Of a DNA stretch of 64,000 nucleotides, positions 40,365-53,462 are shown piece after piece (position 1 is the stretch's first letter; every line of letters starts with the position of its first letter). The translations under genes and the position numbers were made by a program. The DNA comes from the human T2T-CHM13v2.0 reference genome, Homo sapiens, in NCBI RefSeq assembly GCF_009914755.1, contig NC_060947.1; one strand, given 5' to 3'. The notes under the pieces are model-generated. The model searched no databases. It was not told the DNA's origin and was given only the letters and a program-made list of their open reading frames with translations.

Positions 40365-41678
40365 TCATTTAGCATAATGTCCTCCAAGTCAATCCATCTT
40401 ATGGCAATGACAGGATCTCTTCCTTTTGTATAGCTGAAAATATTCTTTGGTATGCATTACAATAAGTGAAATAAGCCACACACACAAAGAAAAATATCAC
40501 ATGATCCCACTTATATGTGGTATCTTTTTTTTTTTAAAGGTCAACTTCACAGAGATACAGAATAAAACAGTGGTGACTATGATTGGTGTAGGGGTGTGGA
40601 AATGGGAGATACAGGTCAAAAAATACAATGCAGCAGATATATAGGATGAACAAGTCTAAAGATCTAATATGCAGCATGAGAACCATAGCTAATGATAGTG
40701 TATTGTAGTCAGAATTTTTGCTAAATGATTAGATTATAGCAGATCAATTGAACAAATTGTCTCTTGGATGTATTCAACTGAAGAATTTGTCCCTGGATAT
40801 TTGTACTAAAACATACTAAAACCAAAAGTCAAAATATATTGGTTAACAGGACATTCTTCTCATATATGCAGTAAAATGAACCATCATATTAGTTAACAGG
40901 ATATTGTTCTGATACATGCAATAAAAGGGAATTGAAAGCATTGTTCCCAAAATAGGCCTTGGCAATTTGCAAGTAATGGCCTAGACCACCAAGTTGCATC
41001 AGATGCAGTTCAAAGTAATGCTTGCATACTTTGCAACAGAAATTGTAGTTATCAACCATAATATGGACCGAAATTTCAGTCTCTGTGACTTCCACAGACC
41101 ATACCAATAGAAGATGGAGCTGCATTTTCAGGGAAATGTTGACTTTTGTGAAAAAACATTCTTTTCAAAAGGAGACCCAAGACACTTGGCAATGTGGTGA
41201 ACACATTTCCACGAATAGCCATCTTTACATTTGTATCATATAAGGGTTGGTGACATGAGGAACTTTCAGGAGTCATGGATAACAAATTATGCTGTTTCAA
41301 GATGTCAGTAGCTGGTAGGTTTGAAGTGTTGACAATAAGAGGATGCAGTGTATCTTGAAATAAATGTCTATCCATTGGGAGAGGTGAAATAAAATTTTTC
41401 TCAAAAATAAAACCACTAAAAAAATAAAATTTGAATTTCACCTGCAATGGTTGGTCACAATTGAGGAATCTGACCCATCACAACTGAGGAATTTGACTTG
41501 AAGGGACAAATTGTTCAATTAATATGATTATAACTGCTCTTGTGGGGGAAAACCATGTAAGATGAATAAATATACTAATTTGTTTCAGTACAGTTACAAT
41601 TTTTATATGTATCTCATAACATCATGTTGTATACCTTAAATGTACACAATAGAACTTATTAGAAATATTTTTTAAAAT
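40365..41678 (+). mobile_element. 5'-inverted L1MA 3' end (40365-~40454 inverted), split by Merlin
   Basis: aagtgaaataagccac...gatctaatatgcagcatgag...aacatcatgttgtataccttaaat; TSD aaactaggtttctt / aaagtggtttctt. Confidence 0.82.
40741..41525 (-). mobile_element. Merlin-superfamily (IS1016/ISXO2-like) DNA transposon, internally deleted (Merlin1_HS-like)
   Basis: 25-bp TIRs matching at 21/25; 9-bp TSD GATTATAGC/GATTATAAC; transposase relics LKQHNLL, KDGYSWKC, VDNYNFCCKVC, QLGGLGHYLQI, LLLHVSEQYP. Confidence 0.8.
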
Positions 41679-42310
41679 AAAGTGGTTTCTTATAGATAAC
41701 ACATAGTTGGATTTTGGGGATTTTTAATCCCCTGACAGTCTCTGTCTTTTAATTGGTTTATATAGACCATTCACATTTAAAGTGACTATTGATTTGCTAG
41801 TTTAATATTGACCGTATTTGCAATGACTTTCTATTCATTGCCCTAGTTTTTTTGTTACTTTTTTTTTTGTCTTCCTTTCTTTTTCTGTCTTCTCTGGTTT
41901 TAACTGAACATTTTATATTATTCCATTTTCTCTCTTCTCTGAGCATATCAATTATACTTCGTTTAAGAAAGTTTTTAGTGGCTGCCCTAGAGTTTACAAT
42001 ATACATTTACATTAATCCAAGTCCACTTTTACTTTTAGATAACACTATACCACTGCATGTGTAGAACAGATATGTTCTAACAGAATTTTCCCAATCCCTC
42101 CCTTCCATTCCTTATTACACCTGTTACTCATTCCACTTTCCCATAAGCTACAGACATGTAAGATATCACTGCTATTTTTATTTTGAACAAACTGTCCTTT
42201 ATTATGTCAATTAAGAAAAAGAAAAATATTTTACTTCACTTATTATTTTGCTAATGTTCTTCCTTTCTTTATGTAGATCCAAGTTTCTGACCTATGTCAT
42301 TTTTCTTCTT

Positions 42311-42602
42311 TATGAAGAATTTTTGTTAATAGTTCCTGCAAGGAAGGTCTACTGGTGACAAATTCCCTCAATTTTTGTCTGAGAAAGTCTTTATTTATCA
42401 TTTATTTTTGAAAGATAAATTCTCTGAATACAGAATTCCAGATTGGTAGCCCTTTTTATGAAGAATTTTTGTTAAAAGTTCCTGCAAGGAAGGTCTACTG
42501 GTGACAAATTCTCTCACTTTTTGTCTGAGAAAGTCTTTACTTATCATTTATTTTTGAAAAATAAATTCTCTAAATACAGAATTCCAGATTGGTAGCCTTT
42601 TT
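42311..42602. repeat. Direct tandem duplication, 2 x 146 bp
   Basis: tatgaagaatttttgtt...ccagattggtagcc starts at 42311 and 42457; about 7 mismatches. Confidence 0.93.
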
Positions 42603-42751
42603 CTTTCAACAACTTAAATATTTCACTCCTTTCTTTCTTTGCTTGCAGTTGCTGAAGAGAAATTTGATGTACCCATAAACTGTGGGGGGAGGGAAAGTAT
42701 TATATAAATACTTTAAAGTATTTATGTATTTTTATATGTTAAATTAATACT

Positions 42752-45700
42752 TAATTTTTTAGAGCAGTCTTATGTTTACAGTAAAATTGGGAGGAAGGTA
42801 CAGAGATTTCCCATATACCCCCTGTTACCACTGCCACACATGCATAGTGTCCCCAGTTATCAATATCCCCTGCCAGAGAGGTACAATTGTTTCCACTGAT
42901 GAATCTACACTGACACATCATTATCACTCAAAGTCCAAAATTCACATTAAGGTTCACTCTTGGTATTGCACATTCTGTGGGTTTGGACAAATATATAATG
43001 ACATGTATCCACTATTATAGTATCAAAGAGAGCAATTTTACTGCCCTAAAAATATTTTGTGTTCTGCCTATTCATTCCTGTCTCTTCCCTAACCCCTGTC
43101 AACCACCCATCTCTTCATTGTCTCCATAGTTTTACCTATTCCAGAATGTCATATAGTTGGAATCAAACAGTATGTAGCCTTTTCAGATTGGCTTCTTTCA
43201 CTTAGTAATATGCATTTACATTTCCTCCATGTTTCTTCATGGCTTGATAGCTCATTTCTTTTTGGCAATGAATAATATTCTACTGCCTGCATTTACCGAA
43301 GTTTATTCATCCATTCACCTACTGAAGGACATCTTGGCTGCTTCCAAGTTTTCGTAATTACAAATACAACTGTTATAAACATCTGTGTGCAGGTTTTTGT
43401 GGGACATACATTTTAAAATTTGGGATGTAAATATCAAGGAGTGAAACTGCTGGATCATACGGTAAAAGTATGTTTAGTTTTGTAAGAAACTTCCAAACAG
43501 TCATCCAAAGTGGCTGTACCATTTTGCATTCTCATCAGCAATGATTGAAAATTCCTGTTGCTCCACATCCTCACCAGCATTTGGTGTTGTCAGTGTTCTG
43601 GATTTTGGCAATTCTATAATAATAGGTGTGTAGTGGTATCTCACTCTTATTTTAATTTGCATTTCCCTGATGACATATGATGTAGAGCATCTTTTCATAT
43701 GCTTATTTGCCATCTGTATACATTCTTGGGTGAGGTGTCTGCTAAGGTCTTTGGTCCATTTTTAAATAGAGCTGTTTGTGTTCTTATTGTTGAGTTTGAA
43801 GAGTTCTTTGTATATTTTGGATAACAGTCCTTTATCAGATATGTCTCTTGCAAATATTTTTCCCAGTCTGTGGCTTTTTATTTTCTTGACAGTGTCATTT
43901 GCAGAGCAGAAATTTTTAATTTTCATGAAGTCAAATTTATCAATTCTTTCTTTCTTGGATAGAACCTTTGGTGTTGTATCTAAAAAGTAATTGCCCAGAA
44001 CAGAATAAGAAGCCCAGAAATAATGTCACAGACCATTTGATCTTCGACAAAGTCAACAAAAACAAGCAATGGAGAAAGGAATCCCTATTCAATACGTAGT
44101 GTTAGGATAACTGGCTCGCCATATGCAGAAGACTGAAACTAGACCCCTTCCTTAAACCATGTACAAAAAGTCAACTCAAGATGGGTTAAAGACTTAAATG
44201 TAAAACCTAAAACTATAAAAACCCTGGAAGATAACCTAGGAAATGCCATTCTAGAAAAAGGAACTGGCAAAGATTTCATTACAAAGATGCCAGAAGCAAC
44301 TGCAACAAAAATAAAAATTAGCAAGTGGAATCTAATCAAACTAAAGAGCTTCTGCACAGCAAAAGAAAGCATCCACAGAGTAAACAGATAGCCTACAGAA
44401 TGGGAGAAAATATTTGCAAACTATGCATCTGACGAAGGTCTAATATCAAGAATCTGTAAGGAACTTAAACAAACTTATAAGCAAAAAACAAATAACCTCA
44501 TTAAAAAGCAGATAAAGGACATGAATAGACACTTTTCAAAAGACACGCATGTAGTCAACAAGCACATGAAAATGTGCTCAGTATCACTGATCATTAGAGA
44601 AATGCAAATCAAACTCACCATTAGATATCATCTCACACCCATCAGAATGGCTATTACTAAAAAGTCAAAAAATAACAGATGCTGGCAAGTTATGGAGAAA
44701 AGGGAAGGTTATACACTGCTGGAGAGGATGTAAAATAGTTCAACCATTGTGGAAAGCAGTGTGGTGATTCCTCAAAGACCTAAAAACAGAACTTCCATTT
44801 GACCAAACAATCCCATTATTGGGTATACACCCAAAGGAATATAAATCACTCTACCATAAAGACACATGTGTGCATATGTTCACTGCAGCACTATTCACAA
44901 TACAAAAGACAGAATCAATCTAAATGTCCATCAACAGTAGACTGGATAAATAAAATGTGCACATATACACCATGGAATACTATGCGGCTATAAAAAAGAA
45001 TGAGGTCATGTCCTTTGCAAGAACATGGATGGAGCTGAAGGCCATTATCCTTAGCAAACTAATGCAGGAACACAAAACCAAATACTGCATGTTCTGACTT
45101 ATAAGTGAGAGCTAAATAATGAGAACCAATGGGCAAAAAGAGGATAACAACAGACACTAGGGCCTACTCGAGGCATGAAGGTGGGAGGAGAGAGAGGATC
45201 AGATAAAATACCTATTGAGTACTATGCTTAGTATTTGGGGACAAAATTATCTGTACACCAACCCCCCGTGACACACATTTGCCTGTATTAACAAACCTGC
45301 ACATGTATCCCTGAACCTAAACTAAAAGTTAAAAAAGCAAGTCATTGACAAATCCAAGGTTACCTAAATTTTTCTCTTATATTATCCTCTAAGGGTTCTT
45401 TAGCTTTGCATTTGACACTCATGTCTGTGTTCCATTTTGAGTAAATGTTGGTGAAGGGTGTGAAATCTATGTCTAGATTTATTTACATTTTGGATATGGA
45501 TGCCCAGTTGTTCCAGCACCCATTTATTCAAAAGACTATTTTTTCTCCATTGAATTACTTTGTTAAAGATCAGTTGATGATGTTTATTTGGGTCTATTTC
45601 TGGGCTCTCTATTACATTCCCTTGATCTATTTTTCTATTACTTTGCCAATATCTCATAACTTTGATTACCATAGCTTAATAGTAAGTCTTGAAGTTGGGT

Positions 45701-46270
45701 AGTGAGTTTGTTCTCCTTTAATATTGTGTTGGCTGTTCTGGGTTTTGCCTTACCATATACACTTTAGAGTCAGTTTGTTGACATCCACAAAATAACTTGC
45801 TGGGATTTTACTGATATTGTATTGCATCTATTCATCAAGTTGGGAAAAACTGATATCTTGACAATATCGAGTTTTCCTAAACACAAACATGGAGTATCTC
45901 TCCATTCTACTTAGTTTTTTATTTCTTTCATCAGAATTTTATAGCTTTCATCATATAGATACTGTACATATTTTGTTGAATTTACACCTGTTTCATTTTA
46001 ATGACTGCTTATATAAATAATATTGTATTTTTTATTTCAAATTCCACTTGTTAATTGCTGGTAGACAGAAAAGCAATTGACTTTTATATTAACTTTGTAT
46101 ACTTCAACCTTGCAATAATCACTTATTAGTAACAGGAGTGTGTTTGTCATTGTTGTTGATCCCTTGGGATTTTCTATGCAGAAAAACATGTCATCTATGA
46201 ACAAAGGTAATACTGTTTTTTCCTTCCCAATATGTATACCTTTTATTTCCATTTCCCATCTTACTGCATC
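42752..46270 (-). mobile_element. L1MC (L1MC1/2-like) 3' part, interrupted by L1PA
   Basis: ggtacagagatttcccatataccccctg...ctacactgacacatcattatcac; minus-strand ORF2 [12 protein letters not shown] and LPLFIDDM. Confidence 0.85.
43996..45337 (+). mobile_element. L1PA (older, PA13-16-like), 5'-truncated
   Basis: ORF2 C-terminus MNRHFSKD...REMQIK; 3' UTR aacaaacctgcacatgtatccctgaacctaaa and A tail; TSD approx. aagtaattgcc/aagtcattgac. Confidence 0.9.
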
Positions 46271-46419
46271 TATTGTTGATTTTCAGTTCATTCAGTTTTT
46301 TTTCTTTTGACAACAGGAATGACAACCTCCAAGATCACTATTTATCAGACTGGAAACTGGAAGCTCTTTCTGATCTTTTTTTTCCATGGGTTATGTGTAT
46401 TAAGGTTTTATTACAAAAT

Positions 46420-46960
46420 TAACAGCATATATTATATACATTTTATAAACTACATTATAAATTAACATATCAGAACATTCCTGTGCCATTAAATAGTTTA
46501 CCCATACCTCATGACTAATTACATAGTTCTACACCAATACACAGCTGAACCATAATTTATTAACCAATCCCCTATCTTGGGATATTAGGTTGTTTCCATT
46601 TCTTTCCATTAAATAAATTATGACAAAGATCCTTACATATAAAGTTCTGTTTGCAACATTAGGTATTTTCTTAATGCAAAATCTTAGAAGTAGATTTCTT
46701 GGGTCAAATGTTTTGAGTACTTTCAAATTCTTGATTTACATTACCAGACAACCTTCCAGAAAAGCCACAGTAATTTACTTTCCCATTAGCAGTGAGTGAG
46801 AATGCCCAGCAATGGACTGTTTAAAGTTTTGGCAACTTGGTTAAGTAAGGGAAAATGGAACCAATATTTCTTTCTTTTTCTTATCGGCAAGGTTGAATAT
46901 ATATTCATTTTAGTAACAATTTTTATTTCCCCTTTTATGATACTATCATCGTCAACATTG
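46420..46960 (-). mobile_element. Old L1ME fragment
   Basis: cataatttattaaccaatcccctat...ggttgtttccatt...ttccagaaaag...ttcccattagcagtg. Confidence 0.6.
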
Positions 46961-48219
46961 TTATATTAATCTCTATTTGTGAGCTAAAAGTAGGTGCTCA
47001 AAATATTTATTAATTGAAAGAAAACAGAACATACTTTTAAGGCAGAATGTTAGTGTTTTTCAGCCAAATCTTAGCAATACATTTTTTTTTGGTATAGATA
47101 CAAATTAAACTTCTGCTCCACAACATTCAAGGACATGGTAAGAAATATTTTAAATATTTTAATAATCCCAGTATATTTAACTGATGAGAGATGATTATGA
47201 ATTTCCCAAGACTAACATCTAAATAAGGCATCTTTCTCTACCATTTCGGTGGGATGAGAGTTACTGTTTCTGTACAATAAATGTATAGTCTCACTGACAA
47301 ACACTTAAGTGATTTGCATTTCACATATACAACTTATTTCAACATTTCAGAAAGAATCTGAGTATACATGTGGAAGCAAATCCTACAAGGTGGCTCCTTC
47401 AAATGGCATTACTAGGTTAGCATAAATATTCATACTTATATGAGTCTGGGGCCACTAAAACTTGAATGGAGGTAAGCTAAAAGTTACTTTGTAGATTTAA
47501 ATCCACATTGCAGAGTAAGCTATAACTGTATATTATGTGTTTGATTCTGAATTATTTTTCTTGCTTAGATTAGCTCAATCAGAGGTTGACATAATATTTA
47601 CCTATTTAAAATATGAAACTGAATATGTTTTCCTATCAGCTATATGTTCTGCATGGTTGAATGACCTACCCTTTTCTTACTTGATAAAGAAGAAAGGGGA
47701 TAATAAAAGATAAAGACCACCGAAAAGACTACTCAAGCACTGAAATAAAACAAGCTATACAAATGTGGGTTTCAAGTTCATTTGCACATTTCTAAAACTC
47801 TCTTCCAAACTGTTTAAGATTCTGACTTGCAGGAAAGTCTGTTTCCAAAAGGACAGTATATATTGATGTGATGAGGAAGGTATTCTTAATATATAACTTT
47901 CAGGCAAGTTGCTATCTATTCTCTAAAAAATATTTAAGATAGATTATTTCACTGACACTATTAAATGGATCGCTTCAGTATATGTGAGTTCACCATTATT
48001 CTTGAAAACCACAGATAACCCAACTAACTGATTTCAGCCAATAGATTACATTTTCCCCCAAATTCAGCCTCTAAGGAGTATTATTAGACAAAGTTTGAAA
48101 GCTGAGCCATCTGAATTTTCTGCCCCGAATTTAGCTCAAAGGCTAGGAGGTAGATGATAAGTGTAAAAAGCAGCCAGGGAACCAACTGCAAGAAAAATAT
48201 AGAGCCAGATGAGAACGGT

Positions 48220-48502
48220 GATAACAATAACAAAAACAACAAGTTATATTTGTTGAGCATTTCCTATGAGGCAGGATCTGCTCTAAGGGTTGTACATATC
48301 TGAATTCACTAAATTCTTACAACAACCCTACAAGGTAGGTCTCATTATTGGCCCCATTTTACCACTGAGGAATCAATGGCACAGAGAGGTTTGGTAACTT
48401 GCCCAAGTTGACATGACTAATCAAGGTATGGAAATAGAATTCAAACCTATATCTTGTAGCTTTAGAACCAAAGACTATAACCTTTACAGAATTCTGCCTC
48501 TC
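48220..48502 (-). mobile_element. MIR
   Basis: acaacaaccctacaaggtagg...ccccattttaccactgaggaa...ggcacagagaggtttggtaacttgcccaag. Confidence 0.85.
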
Positions 48503-49203
48503 CTGCTACGTAGTTGGTAAGGTGCAGGTCACTGTTTTTAGAACTTGGAAAGTAAAGAGCTTCCACATATTCTTTACTAACCTTTTCTCAAATTACCTTT
48601 CCACTATACCTTTTTAACACAACTTTAATCACCTTTTAAAAATCAATGTTGTTTGTAGTGAAGTCAAGTAATACTCAACAAAGACTATATAAAATAGTGC
48701 AGCTGGCAGAGACTATTTTGCATTTTTGTATTTACATCAGTGACAACACATAATGTATAAAATAGTGCTCATGCTTTTAAGGGCTTTGAAATCTTGATGG
48801 GAAGACAAGATTACCCCAGCTAAAAGTTATTTTTCATTCTCTTTAAACCTAACAGCACTTTCCTCATTTGTTCACGTGGCATTTATCCCACGTACCAGTG
48901 TCTTCCAAACTATGCTTCTTGAGGATGCAAATATCTTACTCAAACACTAACTGCTGATAGAAACCTGATCTAAAATGAAAACATAATGGTATTTCATCAA
49001 GTGTATTGGTCTTATTATCTCAGCAACATGGGATTTGGCTAATTATGACCCAGACAGAAACCTACAACTCCTGGAAGGAGCAAATTTAGGAACTGAAGGC
49101 AGACAAGGAGCTGAATGGTCACGCCATTAGTGCTATTAAACAATGCTTCTGCAATTACTGACACTGATATTTTTATAGCATATCAAAAAAGTAAACATTA
49201 TAA

Positions 49204-49447
<244 letters not shown>

Positions 49448-50386
49448 TGAGTGGTTAGCACAATTATACTAATTTCACCATGAACACATTGGACAATCAC
49501 CAAATTTGAGAAACTATGATAAAGCCAATTTCAGTATATGCTTATAAGTTTGAAATTTTAAAAATTGTTGACATTACCAAGGAGAGAATTTAATGAGTTA
49601 TGCAGTATAATCAATAACACATAAAATCCCAGTATATCATCTTGGACAAAAAGCACAAATCAGATGCATGACTTACTGCTAACTAATGGTGTCTGAGAGT
49701 AGAATTTGGTCCCAAAGGAATTCCAACTAACTTGTGAGATGGACCTTCAACCTGCAACATCACAGCTATTTTTCAAATGTATCAGCTTGCCCTCATTAGA
49801 GGTGGCTATCTCTGCTACTTTAGGGGCCCCTGTTAATAGGAACAATGATGACAAAAAGTAAACAACAACAGATACGTGTCACTATGCCATCAATGTTTTG
49901 CCAATCATTACTGACTAGCTCCCAGGATTAGGCAAAGGTCAGTAACTTCATCACCAGTCCAAAATCAAGAAAACATTCCCAAGAACTGTTTTTGATAAGC
50001 GCTATTACTGTAGACACATTGTCATGTCAGTATTACAATAATATTTATTCTATTATAACACATGGTCAGTGGAAAAAAAGATGAATCTCTGCTATTCATT
50101 ATATGAGTGGACACATCAAGTAAACAAATTCCTTTTTAATTATTTTTTTCTTTAAAAGGCTACTAGAAGAGTGAAGAAAAAATAAAGGCATAAGTACGTC
50201 TCTTCTGTCATTTATCAAACTTGAAGCAGAATGTAGGAAGGGCAAGATGTAGTAGTTAAGGGGAAAACGTTTCTTATTTCACTGACAATTGGGTTTCTAG
50301 AGTTGAAGACTCTGTTTCATGTTTTCTCAGGACTTTAAGACTTCATTTCCAGCCTGCAGACGCCAGAGAAAAAAAGAAAGTCATGA

Positions 50387-50748
<362 letters not shown>

Positions 50749-51364
50749 CATGGCTCTCTCACTACTTGTTTTGTGGTTATTTTACTTTCCTATTAGCAGG
50801 TGGGCAAACCCATCGAAAAGAAAAGGGTCCATAATTCAAAGAAGTTTGGCAGTCAAGCAAGGTGACACCATTAAGATGAGAACTGGAGATTTTCCATGAA
50901 ATTTCAATTTATTGTGCCCTTCTATCTTTCATTAGCATAAATAACTGGGAGTTGATGATATTCTCATTAGTGTCTACTATGAGGCCATGAGGAGATCCTT
51001 TTACAGAAAGGCTGCTAAGCTGATGAAACCTGACCTGAATATTTTTTCAGGCTAATATCATCTCTTCCATGTCATATGGCATAGAACTTTGGGCAAAAAT
51101 AAAAATGCCTGTTCAAAAAACCAAACTGTTCTTCCTATCAGCACTTTAGCGGTGCAAATCTCTGTGAAGGGAGGCTTTCTGTTTGATCAGGAATACTTTT
51201 GTTCCCTTTGGTAGAGAATAAAAGTTGAGCTCTTGAACTTCTCACAGTAGAATCAAATTTGCATATCCTGCAACTCGTGTCTAAACCGCCCAGCTTTCAC
51301 TTACAGACAACATGGGATGTTGTCTTTACTACAAGTGCATTTTAGAGACTCCAATTGTGAATTG

Positions 51365-51655
51365 ATCTTAAGTGAAACAACTCAAAAACAAAAAGCCAAA
51401 TACTGCATGTTCTCACTTACAAGTGGAAGCTAAATAATGTGTATATATGGACATACATTTTGGAAAAACAGACACAGGAGATGTGGAAAGGTGGGAGGGT
51501 AGAAGAAGTATGGGGAATGAGGAATTACCTATTGGATACAATGTACACAATTCGGGTGATGGCTACACTAAAAGCTCAGACTTCGCCACTATGCAGAATA
51601 TCCTTGTAACAAAACCGCACTTGTCTCCCCTAAGTTTATATAAATAAATAAACAA
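51365..51655 (+). mobile_element. L1PB4-like 3' end
   Basis: aaatactgcatgttctcacttacaagtgg...ggtgatggctacactaaaagctcagacttc...aaataaataaa. Confidence 0.85.
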
Positions 51656-53039
51656 ACCCTGATCCATACTGTTTAAAAAGTGCTTCAGTTTTGTAAACTA
51701 ATATGTTTGTATAACTGAGCTTAGAAAAAAAGACTACAAGTATATATATATATCAATTAACTATGGTTATCCATACACGTTGTGATTACTGTTCATTTTT
51801 GTTTTCCCTATACTTTTATGTACCTTTTGAATGTTTAACAATGAGCATCTATTTTTAAAATCAGAAACAAATCATGTTAATAGAAAGCTTGCTTAGGGCA
51901 TCTGATAGTTGACAATCCAGTCTAGTAGACATATTAAACATCTATTTAACATTTCCATGTTCTATTCTCCAATTTAGATCATTCAAAGGGAAAGTACCTG
52001 GAATGCATTTCCTTACTGCTTATAGAAAGTCCTTTATTGAATTATAATTTAATATTTGCCTTCTTCCTTTACAAAGCATCAGTAAAGAAATGCCAGACAA
52101 TTCTTTTTTCTATGAAACCAAGGTTACCCAGAATGTGCCTTATTCAAACATCCCAGGATCAATACTGCTTGAGTGGGTTAGAGGTGGGAATAATCTCTGT
52201 AGATGAAACTGTAAATTTTCTCTTGACAACAAACCCAAAGTTTCTCTTTTCATCCTTTTGGGAGGCATAAGCCAGATTTACATTATAAATGCTATAATCT
52301 ACTAAACCAAATGTTAAAAACATCTATTCCTTCTATTTTCTTCAGATGATCTCTATTTTATTTCATCTTTAAAAACATTATCTTGCCCCTATTCTTTCAT
52401 CTCTAATGTGTATCTAACCTTTCTAGAAGCAGACAGGCTATAAATCTTAAATGGATAAAATATTCTTTGCAATTACCTTGTGACAATATTAAATATCCAT
52501 GTGGTTTGCTCCAAGTACACAAAACCAGGGCCTTCGTTTCCCTTGTTCCACCTCCCCAGCCCCTATACTATTCTCCTTTAGTTTCCAGTCCAGAAGGCAA
52601 GAATTCTTTTCAATTTGTAAGTAGTGAATCTTTACTTCATAGAACACGAATGATTCAACCAATACCACACGGCAAACAAGGGAAGACTGACCGGAAACCA
52701 GGTCTCTTGACTTTAAGCACAGTCCTCTTTCCATTAAACTATGAAGACATTCCAATCCTACTGAGAAGTCAGGGAAATATAAGAAGCATAGACATAGACG
52801 CACATACTTTTAACCTTCCTCACTACTTTCCTTTGGCTTAGCAAATGTAGGTTCCTGAAAAATTTTTAGTCCTTGTCTCAGTCTTTTAACTCCCAAATAG
52901 TATACTATCCCTCTTAGGAATTTGGGTTAGAAAATTTTTATTCATTTACTTGGATCATCTCTTATGTGTTAAGTGGCTGCCATGTATAAAGGACTGGGCT
53001 TCTATTCAAGACAATGAACTGACTTCCTCAAAGAATTCC

Positions 53040-53205
53040 AAGAGGCAGATGGGTATAGTGAACAGAACACTTAATTCGGAGACCTGGGTTTTGGTTCTAG
53101 CTCTGGCTGGGACTTGCTGCTTGTCCTTGTACAAAGTCACTTGATTTCATTGAGTTTCAAGTTTCTCACCTTAAAATTAAGGGGATAATATCTTTGGCTT
53201 GTAAG
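53040..53205 (+). mobile_element. MIR
   Basis: gagacctgggttttggttctagctctg...acaaagtcacttg...gtttctcaccttaaaa. Confidence 0.7.
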
Positions 53206-53214
53206 AGAGTTGCT

Positions 53215-53462
53215 CTAATAGCAACTACTTATGAAAAACTTACTATGTGCCAGCCACTATGCAAAGCACTTGGTGTACACAATCTCGTTTCTTCTTCAAA
53301 TGACAATGCTCACGCTCATTATGCTATTATTTCCCCCACTGTACTGATAAGAAAACGAAAGCTGGAGAGGTTAGGTAACATTCCCAAGGTACATAAGTAA
53401 GTCAAGGAGCTGGGGATTGGATCTAGGCTAACTACAGAGCCTCCATGACAAAACCTACTGCC
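53215..53462 (-). mobile_element. MIR, tail-to-tail with the previous copy
   Basis: cttactatgtgccagccact...gataagaaaacgaaagctggagaggttaggtaacattcccaagg. Confidence 0.75.

Noticed and set aside
40741-41525. piggyBac, MULE (Ricksha) or hAT identity for the TIR element
   Set aside because: No TTAA TSD, no long MULE-type TIRs, no CAG-type hAT termini; peptide motifs fit Merlin better
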